Below are positions 21,144-31,322 of a stretch of 64,000 nucleotides of DNA, piece after piece. The notes beneath the pieces are model-generated. The model was given only the letters and a program-made list of their open reading frames with translations, ran no database searches and was not told the DNA's origin. How positions within the stretch are numbered: position 1 is the stretch's first letter; each line of letters begins with the position of its first letter. Location: contig CP170459.1 of NCBI GenBank assembly GCA_047947115.1, positions 5,568,001 through 5,632,000 on the forward strand. The letters run 5' to 3'. The position numbers and the translations under genes were made by a program. The stretch comes from Verrucomicrobiota bacterium. GTDB taxonomy: Bacteria > Verrucomicrobiota > Verrucomicrobiia > Limisphaerales > AAA164-E04.

Positions 21144-22835
21144 TTGAATAATGGGTTTATGCGATGGCAAACCTCCACCGGTATCTTACTCTTCTTAGCA
21201 TGTTCTTTTCAGCAACTGGCTCAACCTATAGAGCGCATCGCCATTCTTGGTTGCCACAAGCAATTGGAGCCGGCCCCAGCCTTGGTTAGTTACGTTGAAA
21301 GCGAGCCTGATCTCTGTCTTTGGATCGGAGACAACATTTACTCAGACACCACCGAGGACGTTTCTTTATTAACGAGGAACTACGAGGTACTGGCAGCCAA
21401 ACCTGCCTTTCAACAACTACGGTCCACCGGGCTTCACATGGCGACCTGGGATGATCATGATTTTGGTCTGAACAATGCCGGCAAGGAATATCCTCTCAAG
21501 GAATCAAGTCGAAGAATTTTCAGAACTTTTTGGGGATTGGAAAACGAGATCCCGATGGAACGAGAAGGTGTTTATTATGCCAAACGATTCGTGCACGAGG
21601 GGCATACACTTCAAGTCATCATGCTGGATCCACGCTACCATCGTGATCCTCCTGACACGGATGGAGACACTCTTGGAGAAGATCAATGGAAGTGGCTTGA
21701 GGAGCAACTGAAATTAAAAGCCGACCTGCGTTTGGTGGTGTCGGGTTTTCAAATACTTCTGGATGGTGATTCCAAATCCGAGACCTGGGGGAAGTTTCCC
21801 CAGGCCAAGGAACGGCTATTTGAAACCATACGCCGGACCGGAGCCGAAGGGGTGGTGTTCTTGACCGGAGATCAACATTACGGAGAAGTGGCACGCTTGC
21901 CTCGCGCTCTGCGATACGATGCCATCGAACTTCAATTTTCGGGCATCAACCAGATCGAAGATCCGGAATTCAACACCTGGCGAGTCTCACCCGTGGCCAC
22001 CTCCGTTCACAGTCTGGCGTTGATCGATATCCAATGGATGGACGATTCGCATTCTCCGGCACACTTGATGTTTCAGGTTTGGAATGCTCTTAGCAAACAA
22101 CTTGAATTGGCTTACCGGGTCAACCTCCACGAACTCAAACCATCCATGACGATACAAGGCGACAAACACTTTCATCAGCAACAGATGGTGCAAATCCAGC
22201 ATGATTACCATCCTTTGCAAGTTCGCTACACCTTGGACGGATCGGAGCCGAATGCCTCCTCCCGGTTGTATGATGGGCCTCTTCCTATTCAGAAATCATG
22301 CACGATCAAGGCAGCATTTTTTGAAGAAAACGGTACACCTTGGACAACCGTGTTTGAACGTCCATTTCAACATCTCACCTCCCTGACAAGTCTTCAGCCC
22401 AAGTCCTTGATGCCGGGATTGAGGGTCGTTTACGTTGAGGGCAATTTTGAAAAACTTCCTACATTTGAGGAATACCCTCCCAAATGGTCCGGAATGGTTT
22501 CAAGCCCATCATTGGAAGCTGTAACGACGCGAGAGGATCATTTTGCCATTCAATTTTCCGGTTTATTGAATGCGCCTGTTGAAGGTGTTTATGATTTCAG
22601 CCTCATTTCGGATGATGGCAGTCGGCTTTGGATTGGAAACCAACTGGTGGCCGACAATGATGGTTCGCACTCTGTAAAAACCGTTCCTGGAAAAGTGGCG
22701 CTCAAAACAGGTTGGCATGCCTTTAAATTGGAGTATTTTGAAGACTACGACGGGCAGAGCCTGGCACTTCTCTGGGCTCCTCCGGGATATCGACTGCGCG
22801 CCATTCCGGATTCGCACTTCTCACATCAACCATAG
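21144..22835 (+). CDS. phoD: PhoD-family phosphatase fused to chitobiase/FN3-associated and PA14 domains
   Basis: GDNIYSD, TWDDHD, LDPRY, LGEDQWKWL, TGDQH; YTLDGSEP; SDDGSRLWIG..DNDGSH PA14 motif. Confidence 0.85.
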   Translation: MNNGFMRWQTSTGILLFLACSFQQLAQPIERIAILGCHKQLEPAPALVSYVESEPDLCLWIGDNIYSDTTEDVSLLTRNYEVLAAKPAFQQLRSTGLHMATWDDHDFGLNNAGKEYPLKESSRRIFRTFWGLENEIPMEREGVYYAKRFVHEGHTLQVIMLDPRYHRDPPDTDGDTLGEDQWKWLEEQLKLKADLRLVVSGFQILLDGDSKSETWGKFPQAKERLFETIRRTGAEGVVFLTGDQHYGEVARLPRALRYDAIELQFSGINQIEDPEFNTWRVSPVATSVHSLALIDIQWMDDSHSPAHLMFQVWNALSKQLELAYRVNLHELKPSMTIQGDKHFHQQQMVQIQHDYHPLQVRYTLDGSEPNASSRLYDGPLPIQKSCTIKAAFFEENGTPWTTVFERPFQHLTSLTSLQPKSLMPGLRVVYVEGNFEKLPTFEEYPPKWSGMVSSPSLEAVTTREDHFAIQFSGLLNAPVEGVYDFSLISDDGSRLWIGNQLVADNDGSHSVKTVPGKVALKTGWHAFKLEYFEDYDGQSLALLWAPPGYRLRAIPDSHFSHQP

Positions 22836-22846
22836 AAAGAAAAACG

Positions 22847-23395
22847 ATGCACCCAGCTATCGAACGCATAACCGAGATATTCAATCAACGTGGATCGGAT
22901 CAATATGGAACCGAGGCCGTCACACAGTTGCAGCATGCCTTGCAAAGCGGTCTGCTTGCCCAGGAATCCGGGGCGCCTGAATCGTTGGTTGTGGCTGCCT
23001 TGCTACATGACCTGGGTCACATCTTCAAGGACGACGCGCTTCCTTTGTCCTGCGATCAGAACCTGGACGACAAGCACGAGTTTGTTGCCAACGCCTGGTT
23101 GAAGGAGCATTTTGGAAAGGTCGTTGCCGATCCAATTCGCTTGCATGTCGTTGCGAAGCGCTATCTTTGCACCAAATATCCGCACTACGAAGGTGAACTC
23201 TCTCCGACCTCCCGTAAAAGCTATCATGATCAGGGAGGCCCGATGAGTGAGGAAGAATTGGCGGCATTCGAACAAGAGTCTTTGTACCGCGAAGCGTTGG
23301 AACTTCGCAAATGGGATGACCTTGCCAAAGATCCGCATAAGCAAACCCCACCCATTGAACATTTCATTCCAGCCATGCAGGCATGTCTTGCGTAA
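22847..23395 (+). CDS. phnZ: PhnZ-like HD-domain di-iron oxygenase (phosphonate degradation)
   Basis: YGTEAVTQLQHALQ, ALLHDLGH, HE, LHVVAKRYL, LSPTS..S...QGGPM, LRKWDDLAK. Confidence 0.82.
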   Translation: MHPAIERITEIFNQRGSDQYGTEAVTQLQHALQSGLLAQESGAPESLVVAALLHDLGHIFKDDALPLSCDQNLDDKHEFVANAWLKEHFGKVVADPIRLHVVAKRYLCTKYPHYEGELSPTSRKSYHDQGGPMSEEELAAFEQESLYREALELRKWDDLAKDPHKQTPPIEHFIPAMQACLA

Positions 23396-23520
23396 TTCGC
23401 AATAATTGACGATCGACAGATTGAATCAAGTCTGACCGGAACCATTCCGAAACAATTTCTTGTCGGAATCTTCATAAAAGGTGAGGAGTTCTGTAACAAT
23501 GGAGCTCCATTCTCCGGTGC

Positions 23521-24336
23521 GTGCTTGACAAGATTTCTACTCGTCACCAACGGGGTTTCACCTTAATCGAATTGCTGGTCGTCATCGCTATTATTGCGAT
23601 TTTGGCGGGAATGCTTTTGCCAGCCTTGGGTAAGGCCAAGGAAAAGGCCAAGCAGATTAAATGTACCAGTAACATGCGCCAGATCCAGCTCGCCTGGGCC
23701 ATGTATGTGGATGATCATGAAGGTCGCGCCCACCCTCGTCGAAATTGGATGCGATGGATCAAGACCGGTGGTGATTTTTCCAACCCAAATCCTTCTCGCG
23801 AAAACATGATCGAACCCGGTCACTTTGAAGCCTATTGGGGAGTGCCATATGCGCCTTACATGGGCTGGTCCAATAAATCCTTTTTTTGCCCATCCACTAA
23901 AATAATTGACGATCAGTATGATGCGGGAACCCATCAGGATGGGAAATTCAAGGAAGGATTCAAGTTCACCACCTATGCTTACAACGGTGTGCATCAATCA
24001 AAAAACCCGGCCGCCAATCAGGTTCCGCTCGCTTTGTGGGATGGGAAAGTAAACGTCGCATCCACCACCGTTCGCGCCAATAAAGTCGACACTCTGCCTA
24101 TGGCAAGTGAGACCATCCTTTTTCAGGATGCATGGGAATCGCTGCTGGATGGGAACGGAGATCTTCCGATTGACATGACCCAATGGGTCAGTCTTCCCGA
24201 CAGAGTGAGCGAATGGTACCGCCACTCCAGCCGTCGAGCCAACGTCATGTGGGCCGACGGTCATGCTTCTTCTGAAAAGGAAGGTGAAGTCAACTGGAAG
24301 GAAGATTGGTGGATCGGACGTCCGCTCAATCGATGA
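23521..24336 (+). CDS. Prepilin-type N-terminal cleavage/methylation protein with H-X9-DG-like C-terminus
   Basis: [40 protein letters not shown]. Confidence 0.88.
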   Translation: MLDKISTRHQRGFTLIELLVVIAIIAILAGMLLPALGKAKEKAKQIKCTSNMRQIQLAWAMYVDDHEGRAHPRRNWMRWIKTGGDFSNPNPSRENMIEPGHFEAYWGVPYAPYMGWSNKSFFCPSTKIIDDQYDAGTHQDGKFKEGFKFTTYAYNGVHQSKNPAANQVPLALWDGKVNVASTTVRANKVDTLPMASETILFQDAWESLLDGNGDLPIDMTQWVSLPDRVSEWYRHSSRRANVMWADGHASSEKEGEVNWKEDWWIGRPLNR

Positions 24337-24453
24337 GCCATCCCCGCCTATCGAACAATCCATTAGCATCACACATCATCAACCAACTCAATAAAAACAG
24401 AAAATAAATGCGTCGAACCCAGGCCATTCGCCCGAAATCGACGCCTTGAAACC

Positions 24454-27400
24454 ATGAATAAATATACAAACTATCTGCAATTATTTGTTGCATCAGGCCT
24501 GTTGGCGACATTTGGTCAGCAAGGTCTAGCACAAGGTATCGAAACCACTACCGTGGTCTTCCAGCAGGGACTGAACGGATACGAGGGAACTTTCCAAATG
24601 CGCCTTGGCGCAGCGGGTGAAAATGATTTGGGTGTCGATGTCCCCGAAGGGCAATACTACCTGGACGGAAGTCCGTTCACCAATGTGGGCGACGACAAGG
24701 TAGACATTCTTCGCTTTGATGACATCTTCGGAAATGGAGCCAACCAGATTCCCTCAAATGCCACCATCCTGCACGCCGAGATAGCCTATACCACCGGAAC
24801 AGATGGAAACGCACGCACCGGTGGTGTTTATCACACGGCCAAACTCATCGAAGAAGTGGATGATTTGTTCCTTTATGATGACTGGCCCCTGGATCCTCCC
24901 GCCACACGTGGACCTCGCTCAGCTGCCATGCTTCCATTTGGTTCCGGAACCGGTGAAGTGGAAGGGCAAACCAAATTCACGATGGATGTCACCGACTATG
25001 TGCAATCCTGGGTGGACGGTGAACCCAACTATGGAACCGTGACGTTCGCAAACGATACCACCGACGGTCTTCAGTTGAGCACTGTCAGCAATACGGACAT
25101 CGAAAAACGTCCAAGCCTGACCGTGACCTATACAACCGAAAATGTGACCATCCGTGAGTACACCGCCAGCCGTTCTGCTCTGGTACGCAGCAATACGGAA
25201 ACAGTGGACGGATCCACCATTGACGCCGAGTTTCTGGACTGGGCAGAAGGCGACATTATCGAATCACTCTTCTTTTTCGACGTATTTGCTGAGGGAAACA
25301 ATCGGATCACTGATGAAATGCTCGTTCTGGGAGCCAAGCTGATCCTCCAAACTCCCGGTGATGCCATCGCCGATTATCCGGCATACAGCACTGCAGCCGA
25401 CACCAATGATGCTTTTGAAGTGGCTCAAATGCTCGTTAACTGGGACACCACCACCACATTCGACGTGGCCGGCCCCAACGAGCTCAACGGAGCAACCGGT
25501 CCTGCGGTTGACATATTTTACGGGATGGGTGAATGGAGCCGTGCTACTGCCGATGTGAGTTCCATCGTTCAAAACTGGAAAGCCGGCCAGGAAAACTTCG
25601 GATTCAATGTTGCTCCAGCCAATGGAAGCTCGAACGGATGGCAGATCCTTTTCCCCGGGACGAGTCTTCAGGAACTCCAGCCGACCCTGCGCGTTTGGAC
25701 CGTCAAAGTTCCTGGTTTGCCTTCAGCTGTCGCCAATGCCGATATCACCGAAGGTCCCTCTCCTTTGACAGTCCAGTTGGACGGCACTCAATCCTCCGAC
25801 TCAGACGGCGGAGCCCTTACCTACCTCTGGGATCTCGGGAACGGAGCCACCTCCACCGAGGCCAGCTTGAGTCATACCTTTGAACCTGGCATCTACAACG
25901 TGCTGCTCACCGTCACGGATCCCGACGGCAATGAATCCCAATCCATTGTCACCATCACATCCATTGGCGCACCCATTGCTGTATTCAGTATCAATGATGA
26001 TAACGCACCGGAACCTTTTCGTCTGATGGCCGATGCCAGCTCGTCCATTGACCCTGATGGTGGTGCGGTTGAAATAACCTGGAACTTCGGAGACGGAAAC
26101 ACCGCCACAGGAGCCATAGTGGACCATATTTTTCGCCAGGGCGGCACTTTTAATGTCAAACTGACGGTGACGGATGACGAAGGCGTTTCCACTACCGAAA
26201 CGAAACAAATCACCGTCTGGGAAACTTCTCTGGAATACACAAGTTTCCAACAGGGGATGGGTGGATACGAGGGAACCGTTGAACAAATTGTTCGAGCCAA
26301 TGGCTCCATTGATCTGGGGCAGGATCGCGAAGAATCTTATTTGGATGGTCGCCCACAAGATGCAAACCAGGCCGCCAACGATGCCGTGGAATTGATCCGA
26401 TTCGATGGCATCATTGGTAACGGCGAAGGTCAGATTCCCGCCAATGCAAAAATTGTTCGTGCTTCTCTGACCTATCATACAGGCACTGATCCGAATTCGG
26501 ATGCGGACGGACCCTATGTCATCGGTTTCTTGATGGAAGGTTTTGATGAAAACACAGACTACGAGACACTCGATGCCGGTACGGATATCCCTGAAGAACG
26601 AGGTCCGCGAGGGGAAGTGGATTTCCGCTACCTGGCAGGATATGCTGACATAGCCAATCAGGAAGTGGTCACTGCCGATGTGGCACCTTATGTCCAACGA
26701 TGGGTCGATGGCGAAACCAATCATGGTCTGGCTGTCTTCACCGATGATACTTCAAACGGCTGGCAGATTCGCACGATCGGAAATGCGAACCCTGCATTCA
26801 GACCTCTTCTGGAAGTGGTTTACACCACCAGTGAGGTGAAGGAATACAGCCCGGAATTGGAAATGTCCATCATCGCAGCCAAAGACGAAAACGAATCAAC
26901 ACTCGATGGAAGTTTTCTGGGTGCAAGCTACCTGGATGGTGGCGGTGATCCTGACTACAAGGAAGGCCTCTTCAAATTCGAAGACCTCTTTGGAGCAGGA
27001 ACCGGAACCATTGGTGATGACGAACGTGTCCTGGCTGCCTACCTCATCCTCGAAACAGGCGGTGTGCCGGATGCGGATCTCAATGCCGATTCGGACGATC
27101 CATACTCTGTGCATCAAATGCTTGCACCTTGGACGGTTGAAAGTAATTACGGCACTGCAGGAGTTTCGATTGAAAACGGAGAAGCTTCTCCTGCTTTTGA
27201 CGAGTTTCTCGGCATGGGAGAAAACAGTCGGGCCATTGCTGATGTAACGAAGATTGTCAATAACTGGGCTTCCGGAGAACCCAATCATGGCTTCGTGGTC
27301 AAGCCTCAAGGTGGCGACGGCTGGCAGGTTTGGTGGGGGGATGCTCCGCTTGAGTTGCTCCCCCGCCTGGTGGTCTACACAGAAACCGCCTTGCCTCAAC

Positions 27401-27648
27401 CCGAGCCCAGCACTCCTGATGTGACTCCATTCGACATCACGACCGTCGCGCTTGATCAAAACGGCATGTTGAACGTCACTTGGGAATCGGTGGACGGAGC
27501 TTCCTACAAGGTGGAAACCACTTCCGATTTCCAAACCTGGAACACTCAATCTGACAATATCAATTCACAGGGAACTTCGACCACCATCGAACTTCCCATC
27601 GAAGCCGTTGCGCAAGCATTCTTCCGCATCAGCTCGGTGACTCCCTGA
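24454..27648 (+). CDS. Large secreted/surface protein with duplicated beta-sandwich modules flanking two PKD domains
   Basis: Signal peptide; FQQG.GYEGT module twice; DVT..VQ.W..G..N.G motif four times; PKD motifs WDLGNG/WNFGDG and LTVTD; C-terminal W.S..G..Y.VE.TSD..W...FFRI. Confidence 0.8.
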   Translation: MNKYTNYLQLFVASGLLATFGQQGLAQGIETTTVVFQQGLNGYEGTFQMRLGAAGENDLGVDVPEGQYYLDGSPFTNVGDDKVDILRFDDIFGNGANQIPSNATILHAEIAYTTGTDGNARTGGVYHTAKLIEEVDDLFLYDDWPLDPPATRGPRSAAMLPFGSGTGEVEGQTKFTMDVTDYVQSWVDGEPNYGTVTFANDTTDGLQLSTVSNTDIEKRPSLTVTYTTENVTIREYTASRSALVRSNTETVDGSTIDAEFLDWAEGDIIESLFFFDVFAEGNNRITDEMLVLGAKLILQTPGDAIADYPAYSTAADTNDAFEVAQMLVNWDTTTTFDVAGPNELNGATGPAVDIFYGMGEWSRATADVSSIVQNWKAGQENFGFNVAPANGSSNGWQILFPGTSLQELQPTLRVWTVKVPGLPSAVANADITEGPSPLTVQLDGTQSSDSDGGALTYLWDLGNGATSTEASLSHTFEPGIYNVLLTVTDPDGNESQSIVTITSIGAPIAVFSINDDNAPEPFRLMADASSSIDPDGGAVEITWNFGDGNTATGAIVDHIFRQGGTFNVKLTVTDDEGVSTTETKQITVWETSLEYTSFQQGMGGYEGTVEQIVRANGSIDLGQDREESYLDGRPQDANQAANDAVELIRFDGIIGNGEGQIPANAKIVRASLTYHTGTDPNSDADGPYVIGFLMEGFDENTDYETLDAGTDIPEERGPRGEVDFRYLAGYADIANQEVVTADVAPYVQRWVDGETNHGLAVFTDDTSNGWQIRTIGNANPAFRPLLEVVYTTSEVKEYSPELEMSIIAAKDENESTLDGSFLGASYLDGGGDPDYKEGLFKFEDLFGAGTGTIGDDERVLAAYLILETGGVPDADLNADSDDPYSVHQMLAPWTVESNYGTAGVSIENGEASPAFDEFLGMGENSRAIADVTKIVNNWASGEPNHGFVVKPQGGDGWQVWWGDAPLELLPRLVVYTETALPQPEPSTPDVTPFDITTVALDQNGMLNVTWESVDGASYKVETTSDFQTWNTQSDNINSQGTSTTIELPIEAVAQAFFRISSVTP

Positions 27649-27690
27649 GCCTTTCTCATCCACAAGTAACGGTTAATGGTAACGCAACGT

Positions 27691-27722
27691 AACCCCGTCC
27701 TCGTTCGAGGGCGGGGTTTTTT
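27691..27722 (+). terminator. Intrinsic terminator
   Basis: aaccccgtcctcg-tt-cgagggcggggtt followed by a T run. Confidence 0.8.
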
Positions 27723-27898
27723 CATTCAAAATGGCTGTCCCCCAGGAACGATTACTGAGTTTCCGAAATTGATCAGCACGTTTATTTCAGGAAATACAAA
27801 AAAAAGGATGATGCCATCGGTAAAATCTTCCCTATTGCCATCCCTTTTGAATTGATTGCCCCGGTTTACCAAGGCAGAATAGTTTCATTCCAATAACC

Positions 27899-30421
27899 AT
27901 GAACTCATTTTTTAGCATGAAGAAACATTGCCGATGGATACGCAACCTCAGCCTGATCGGAGCCTTAGCCTGGTCTGGCCCGGAGATACTACAAGCTGCC
28001 GAACCGCAGGCAACCGCCCCTGATTCCTTGAATATCAAGGAAGGCTTCAACGTCGAGCTGCTATATTCCGTACCCAAAGACCAGCAAGGCTCCTGGGTGG
28101 CCATGTGCGTGGACGACAAGGGACGCATGATTGCTTCGGATCAATACGGCAGCCTGTTCCGCATCACGCCCCCGCCCATCGGCCAATCGGAAGGTTCCAA
28201 GGTGGAAGTGATCAAACTTGATATCGGTCATGCACAAGGTTTGGTTTACGCTTGGAATTCTCTCTACGCCGTCACCAACGCCACGGAGCATCAGGGACGA
28301 GGACTCTACCGCATCACAGACACGAATGGAGACGATCAGCTCGACAATGTTGTTCTACTGAAAAAATTTGCTGAAGAAGGCGGCGAACACGGCCCGCACG
28401 CCGTGATTGTGGGACCCGACGAACAGTCGCTCTACGTCGTCATTGGCAACCAAACAACCATGGTGGATCATGACATCAGCCGCCCTACCCCGGTGTGGCA
28501 GGAAGACTTGCTGCTGCCACGGATTTATGGAAACGGGTTCATGCGTGGCGTTCTGGCACCCCGGGGATGGATTGCCAAAACCGATCCCGAAGGCAAATCC
28601 TGGGAGATCATCGCAACGGGTTTCCGAAATGAATACGATGCCGCCTTCAACCGCCATGGCGAACTGTTCACCTATGATGCGGATATGGAATGGGACGTGA
28701 ACACACCCTGGTACCGGCCGACACGTGTCTGCATGGTCCCCAGTGGGGCGGAATTCGGATGGCGCAACGGCTCAGGTAAATGGCCGGCCTACTACCCCGA
28801 CAGCCTTCCTCCGGTGGTGGACATCGGCCCAGGTTCGCCAACAGGTGTGTGCTTTGGTTACGGAGCCAAATTTCCTGCAAAGTATCAGGAAGCCTTTTTC
28901 ATCAATGACTGGAGTTACGGAAAACTATATGCTGTTCACCTGAATCCGGAAGGATCCGCTTACTCCGCCGAGTTCGAAGAATTCATCACCGGTTCCCCCC
29001 TCCCCCTGACCGACATCGTGGTCAGCCCTCACGATGGAGCCATGTATTTCGCTATCGGAGGACGACGCACCAAATCCGGACTTTACCGCGTCACCTACAC
29101 AGGCAATGAATCCACAGCACCATCCTCCGTCATGACAGGTGGCGAGGCCGAACGTGCCGTGCGACGCCATCTGGAATCTTTCCACGGACGCCAGGATCCA
29201 CAGGCCATCATCACCGCATGGCCATTTCTCGGCAGCAAAGACAGGTTCCTCCGATTTGCCGCCCGCATTGCCATCGAACATCAACCCGTAAGCTCCTGGT
29301 CGGAAAAAGTATTCGAAGAAACTGATGTGCACGCCCGCCTGACCGGATTGCTCGCTTTGACTCGAGTAGGCACTCCCGACCTGAAAGGAAAAATCCTCGA
29401 GGCATTGAACGCTGTTTCCTGGAATACCCTGACGGATGAACAAAAGCTTGAGTTTCTCCGGGTCTACAGCCTCACGTTCATCAGAATGGGAGAAGCCACC
29501 GCAGCCGAAGCACAAAAGGCCATCGCAAAATTGGACCCTGTATTTCCAGCTGACGACCGATTTATCAACGCCGAGTTGTGCCAACTCCTGGTTTACGTTC
29601 AATCACCGCAAACAGCCGCCAAGGGAGTGGCGTTGTTGGAATCAGCCCCCAGTCAGGAAGAACAGATCGATTACGCAAAATCCCTCCGCCTGCTGAGGAG
29701 AGGCTGGAATTCCAACCTTCAAGAGCGCTACTTCAAATGGTTCATCAAAGCGGCTTCTTATCGTGGAGGCGCCAGTTTCAGCAAGTTTGTCGAATCCATC
29801 AAGACCGATGCCCTCGGCATGCTCACCGATGCACAGAAGGAATCCATGAAAGATATTCTGGAAGCGGAACCTGAATTCACCTCGCCGCTCGAAGTGTTGG
29901 CCGCTCGCAGTTTCGTCAAGGATTGGTCTGTCGACGAACTGGCCAAGGCAGCCGAAGAAGGTCTGAAAGGCGGACGCAGTTTCGCCAAAGGTCGCAAGGT
30001 CTTTGGCGAGGCAGCCTGTTTCTCCTGTCACCGTTTCAGCGGTGAAGGCGGTTCCATGGGACCGGATCTGACCAGCGCAGCCGGTAAATTCAGCGCGCGA
30101 GACCTTCTGGAATCCATTATCACACCGAGCAAGGAAATCAGTGATCAATATGCACCGAGTGTCTTCACCCTGGAAGACGGAGATTCGGTCACCGGCCGCA
30201 TCGTAAATCTGGGCGATGACAACATCACAGTCAACGTGAACATGTTCGACCCCAATGGCAACGTCGGCATCGACAGAAAAAAGGTGGTCAGCATCAAACC
30301 CTCCACCGTTTCCATGATGCCGGAAGGACTCGCCAGCATGCTCGAAAAAGAAGAAATCCTCGACCTGTTGGCCTACGTGCTGTCGAGAGGTGACAAGAAT
30401 CACACGATGTTTAAAGAGTGA
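27899..30421 (+). CDS. PVC-type membrane-bound dehydrogenase-like protein with heme c domain
   Basis: Signal peptide, beta-propeller (GEHGPH, GFRNEYD, DADMEWD, GSPTG), HEAT-like middle, CFSCH + GPDLT + SMMPEGL. Confidence 0.85.
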   Translation: MNSFFSMKKHCRWIRNLSLIGALAWSGPEILQAAEPQATAPDSLNIKEGFNVELLYSVPKDQQGSWVAMCVDDKGRMIASDQYGSLFRITPPPIGQSEGSKVEVIKLDIGHAQGLVYAWNSLYAVTNATEHQGRGLYRITDTNGDDQLDNVVLLKKFAEEGGEHGPHAVIVGPDEQSLYVVIGNQTTMVDHDISRPTPVWQEDLLLPRIYGNGFMRGVLAPRGWIAKTDPEGKSWEIIATGFRNEYDAAFNRHGELFTYDADMEWDVNTPWYRPTRVCMVPSGAEFGWRNGSGKWPAYYPDSLPPVVDIGPGSPTGVCFGYGAKFPAKYQEAFFINDWSYGKLYAVHLNPEGSAYSAEFEEFITGSPLPLTDIVVSPHDGAMYFAIGGRRTKSGLYRVTYTGNESTAPSSVMTGGEAERAVRRHLESFHGRQDPQAIITAWPFLGSKDRFLRFAARIAIEHQPVSSWSEKVFEETDVHARLTGLLALTRVGTPDLKGKILEALNAVSWNTLTDEQKLEFLRVYSLTFIRMGEATAAEAQKAIAKLDPVFPADDRFINAELCQLLVYVQSPQTAAKGVALLESAPSQEEQIDYAKSLRLLRRGWNSNLQERYFKWFIKAASYRGGASFSKFVESIKTDALGMLTDAQKESMKDILEAEPEFTSPLEVLAARSFVKDWSVDELAKAAEEGLKGGRSFAKGRKVFGEAACFSCHRFSGEGGSMGPDLTSAAGKFSARDLLESIITPSKEISDQYAPSVFTLEDGDSVTGRIVNLGDDNITVNVNMFDPNGNVGIDRKKVVSIKPSTVSMMPEGLASMLEKEEILDLLAYVLSRGDKNHTMFKE

Positions 30422-30566
30422 ATAGAGAATTCAAAATAGTAAATGACTGAGGATGGCGTGTTGGTTGCTGTGGGTTTTCCACCCGAGATTGAACTCAAAG
30501 GACGAAAGCACAGGACCACACGCCGGGACGGCACGTTCCATCAATCATTTACTATTTGAAATTCAA

Positions 30567-31298
30567 TCACCACCATTTCCAATCGGAATCGGGAGCGGGC
30601 GACCAAATCCAATCAGGTGCTTCATCCGGGAACTTGAAAAAATCGACGTGACCATCCCCGAACAGGATGTTGTTTCGAAACTGTCCTTTGATGTTGTGCC
30701 ATAGATACTGGACATCATCGTTGCCACGGTTTGGATGCCAGTTCCAGTCGCCTTGAATGATCTTGTTGACGGGACTCCGGGCGATTTCGCTGGTCTTAAT
30801 GGATCGAACTTTAGGGTCGCCCTTGATCCCGCACACCATCTTCACGCGAAAGGATGAATGGGAAAACTGTGGCAGATAACTGTTGCCATATGATTTGAAA
30901 CATTGTTTCACCTTGTGCAAGGAATCGCCTTTGTCAGAGGGACAAGCGAATACTGTTTGTCCGGGCGCATAGTGATTCAACGGTCGCTCCTCAAACGGAG
31001 TTTCCCAACTGTATAAACCCGGTTGACCTGGCAAATCCCCCCTCTGCCCTCCAGCCGTTCCCCAGTTCGTCAAAGCCGGATAATAATCATCATTGTCATC
31101 GGCATACATGATGTAGGCCAGGCCAATTTGCCGTTGGTTGCTCAGGCACTTGACATTTTGAGCCTTGGATTTCGCCCGGGAAAGAGCCGGGAGCAACATA
31201 CCTGCCAGAATGGCAATAATAGCGATGACCACCAATAGCTCGATTAATGTAAAGCCAGAAAAGGAACGTCGATTCAGGAAGGTAAACGATCGGTTCAT
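30567..31298 (-). CDS. Prepilin-type N-methylation / H-X9-DG-like protein
   Basis: [32 protein letters not shown]. Confidence 0.88.
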   Translation of the reverse strand: MNRSFTFLNRRSFSGFTLIELLVVIAIIAILAGMLLPALSRAKSKAQNVKCLSNQRQIGLAYIMYADDNDDYYPALTNWGTAGGQRGDLPGQPGLYSWETPFEERPLNHYAPGQTVFACPSDKGDSLHKVKQCFKSYGNSYLPQFSHSSFRVKMVCGIKGDPKVRSIKTSEIARSPVNKIIQGDWNWHPNRGNDDVQYLWHNIKGQFRNNILFGDGHVDFFKFPDEAPDWIWSPAPDSDWKWW

Positions 31299-31322
31299 AA
31301 CAATGGGATTTTTTTGGGAGTT

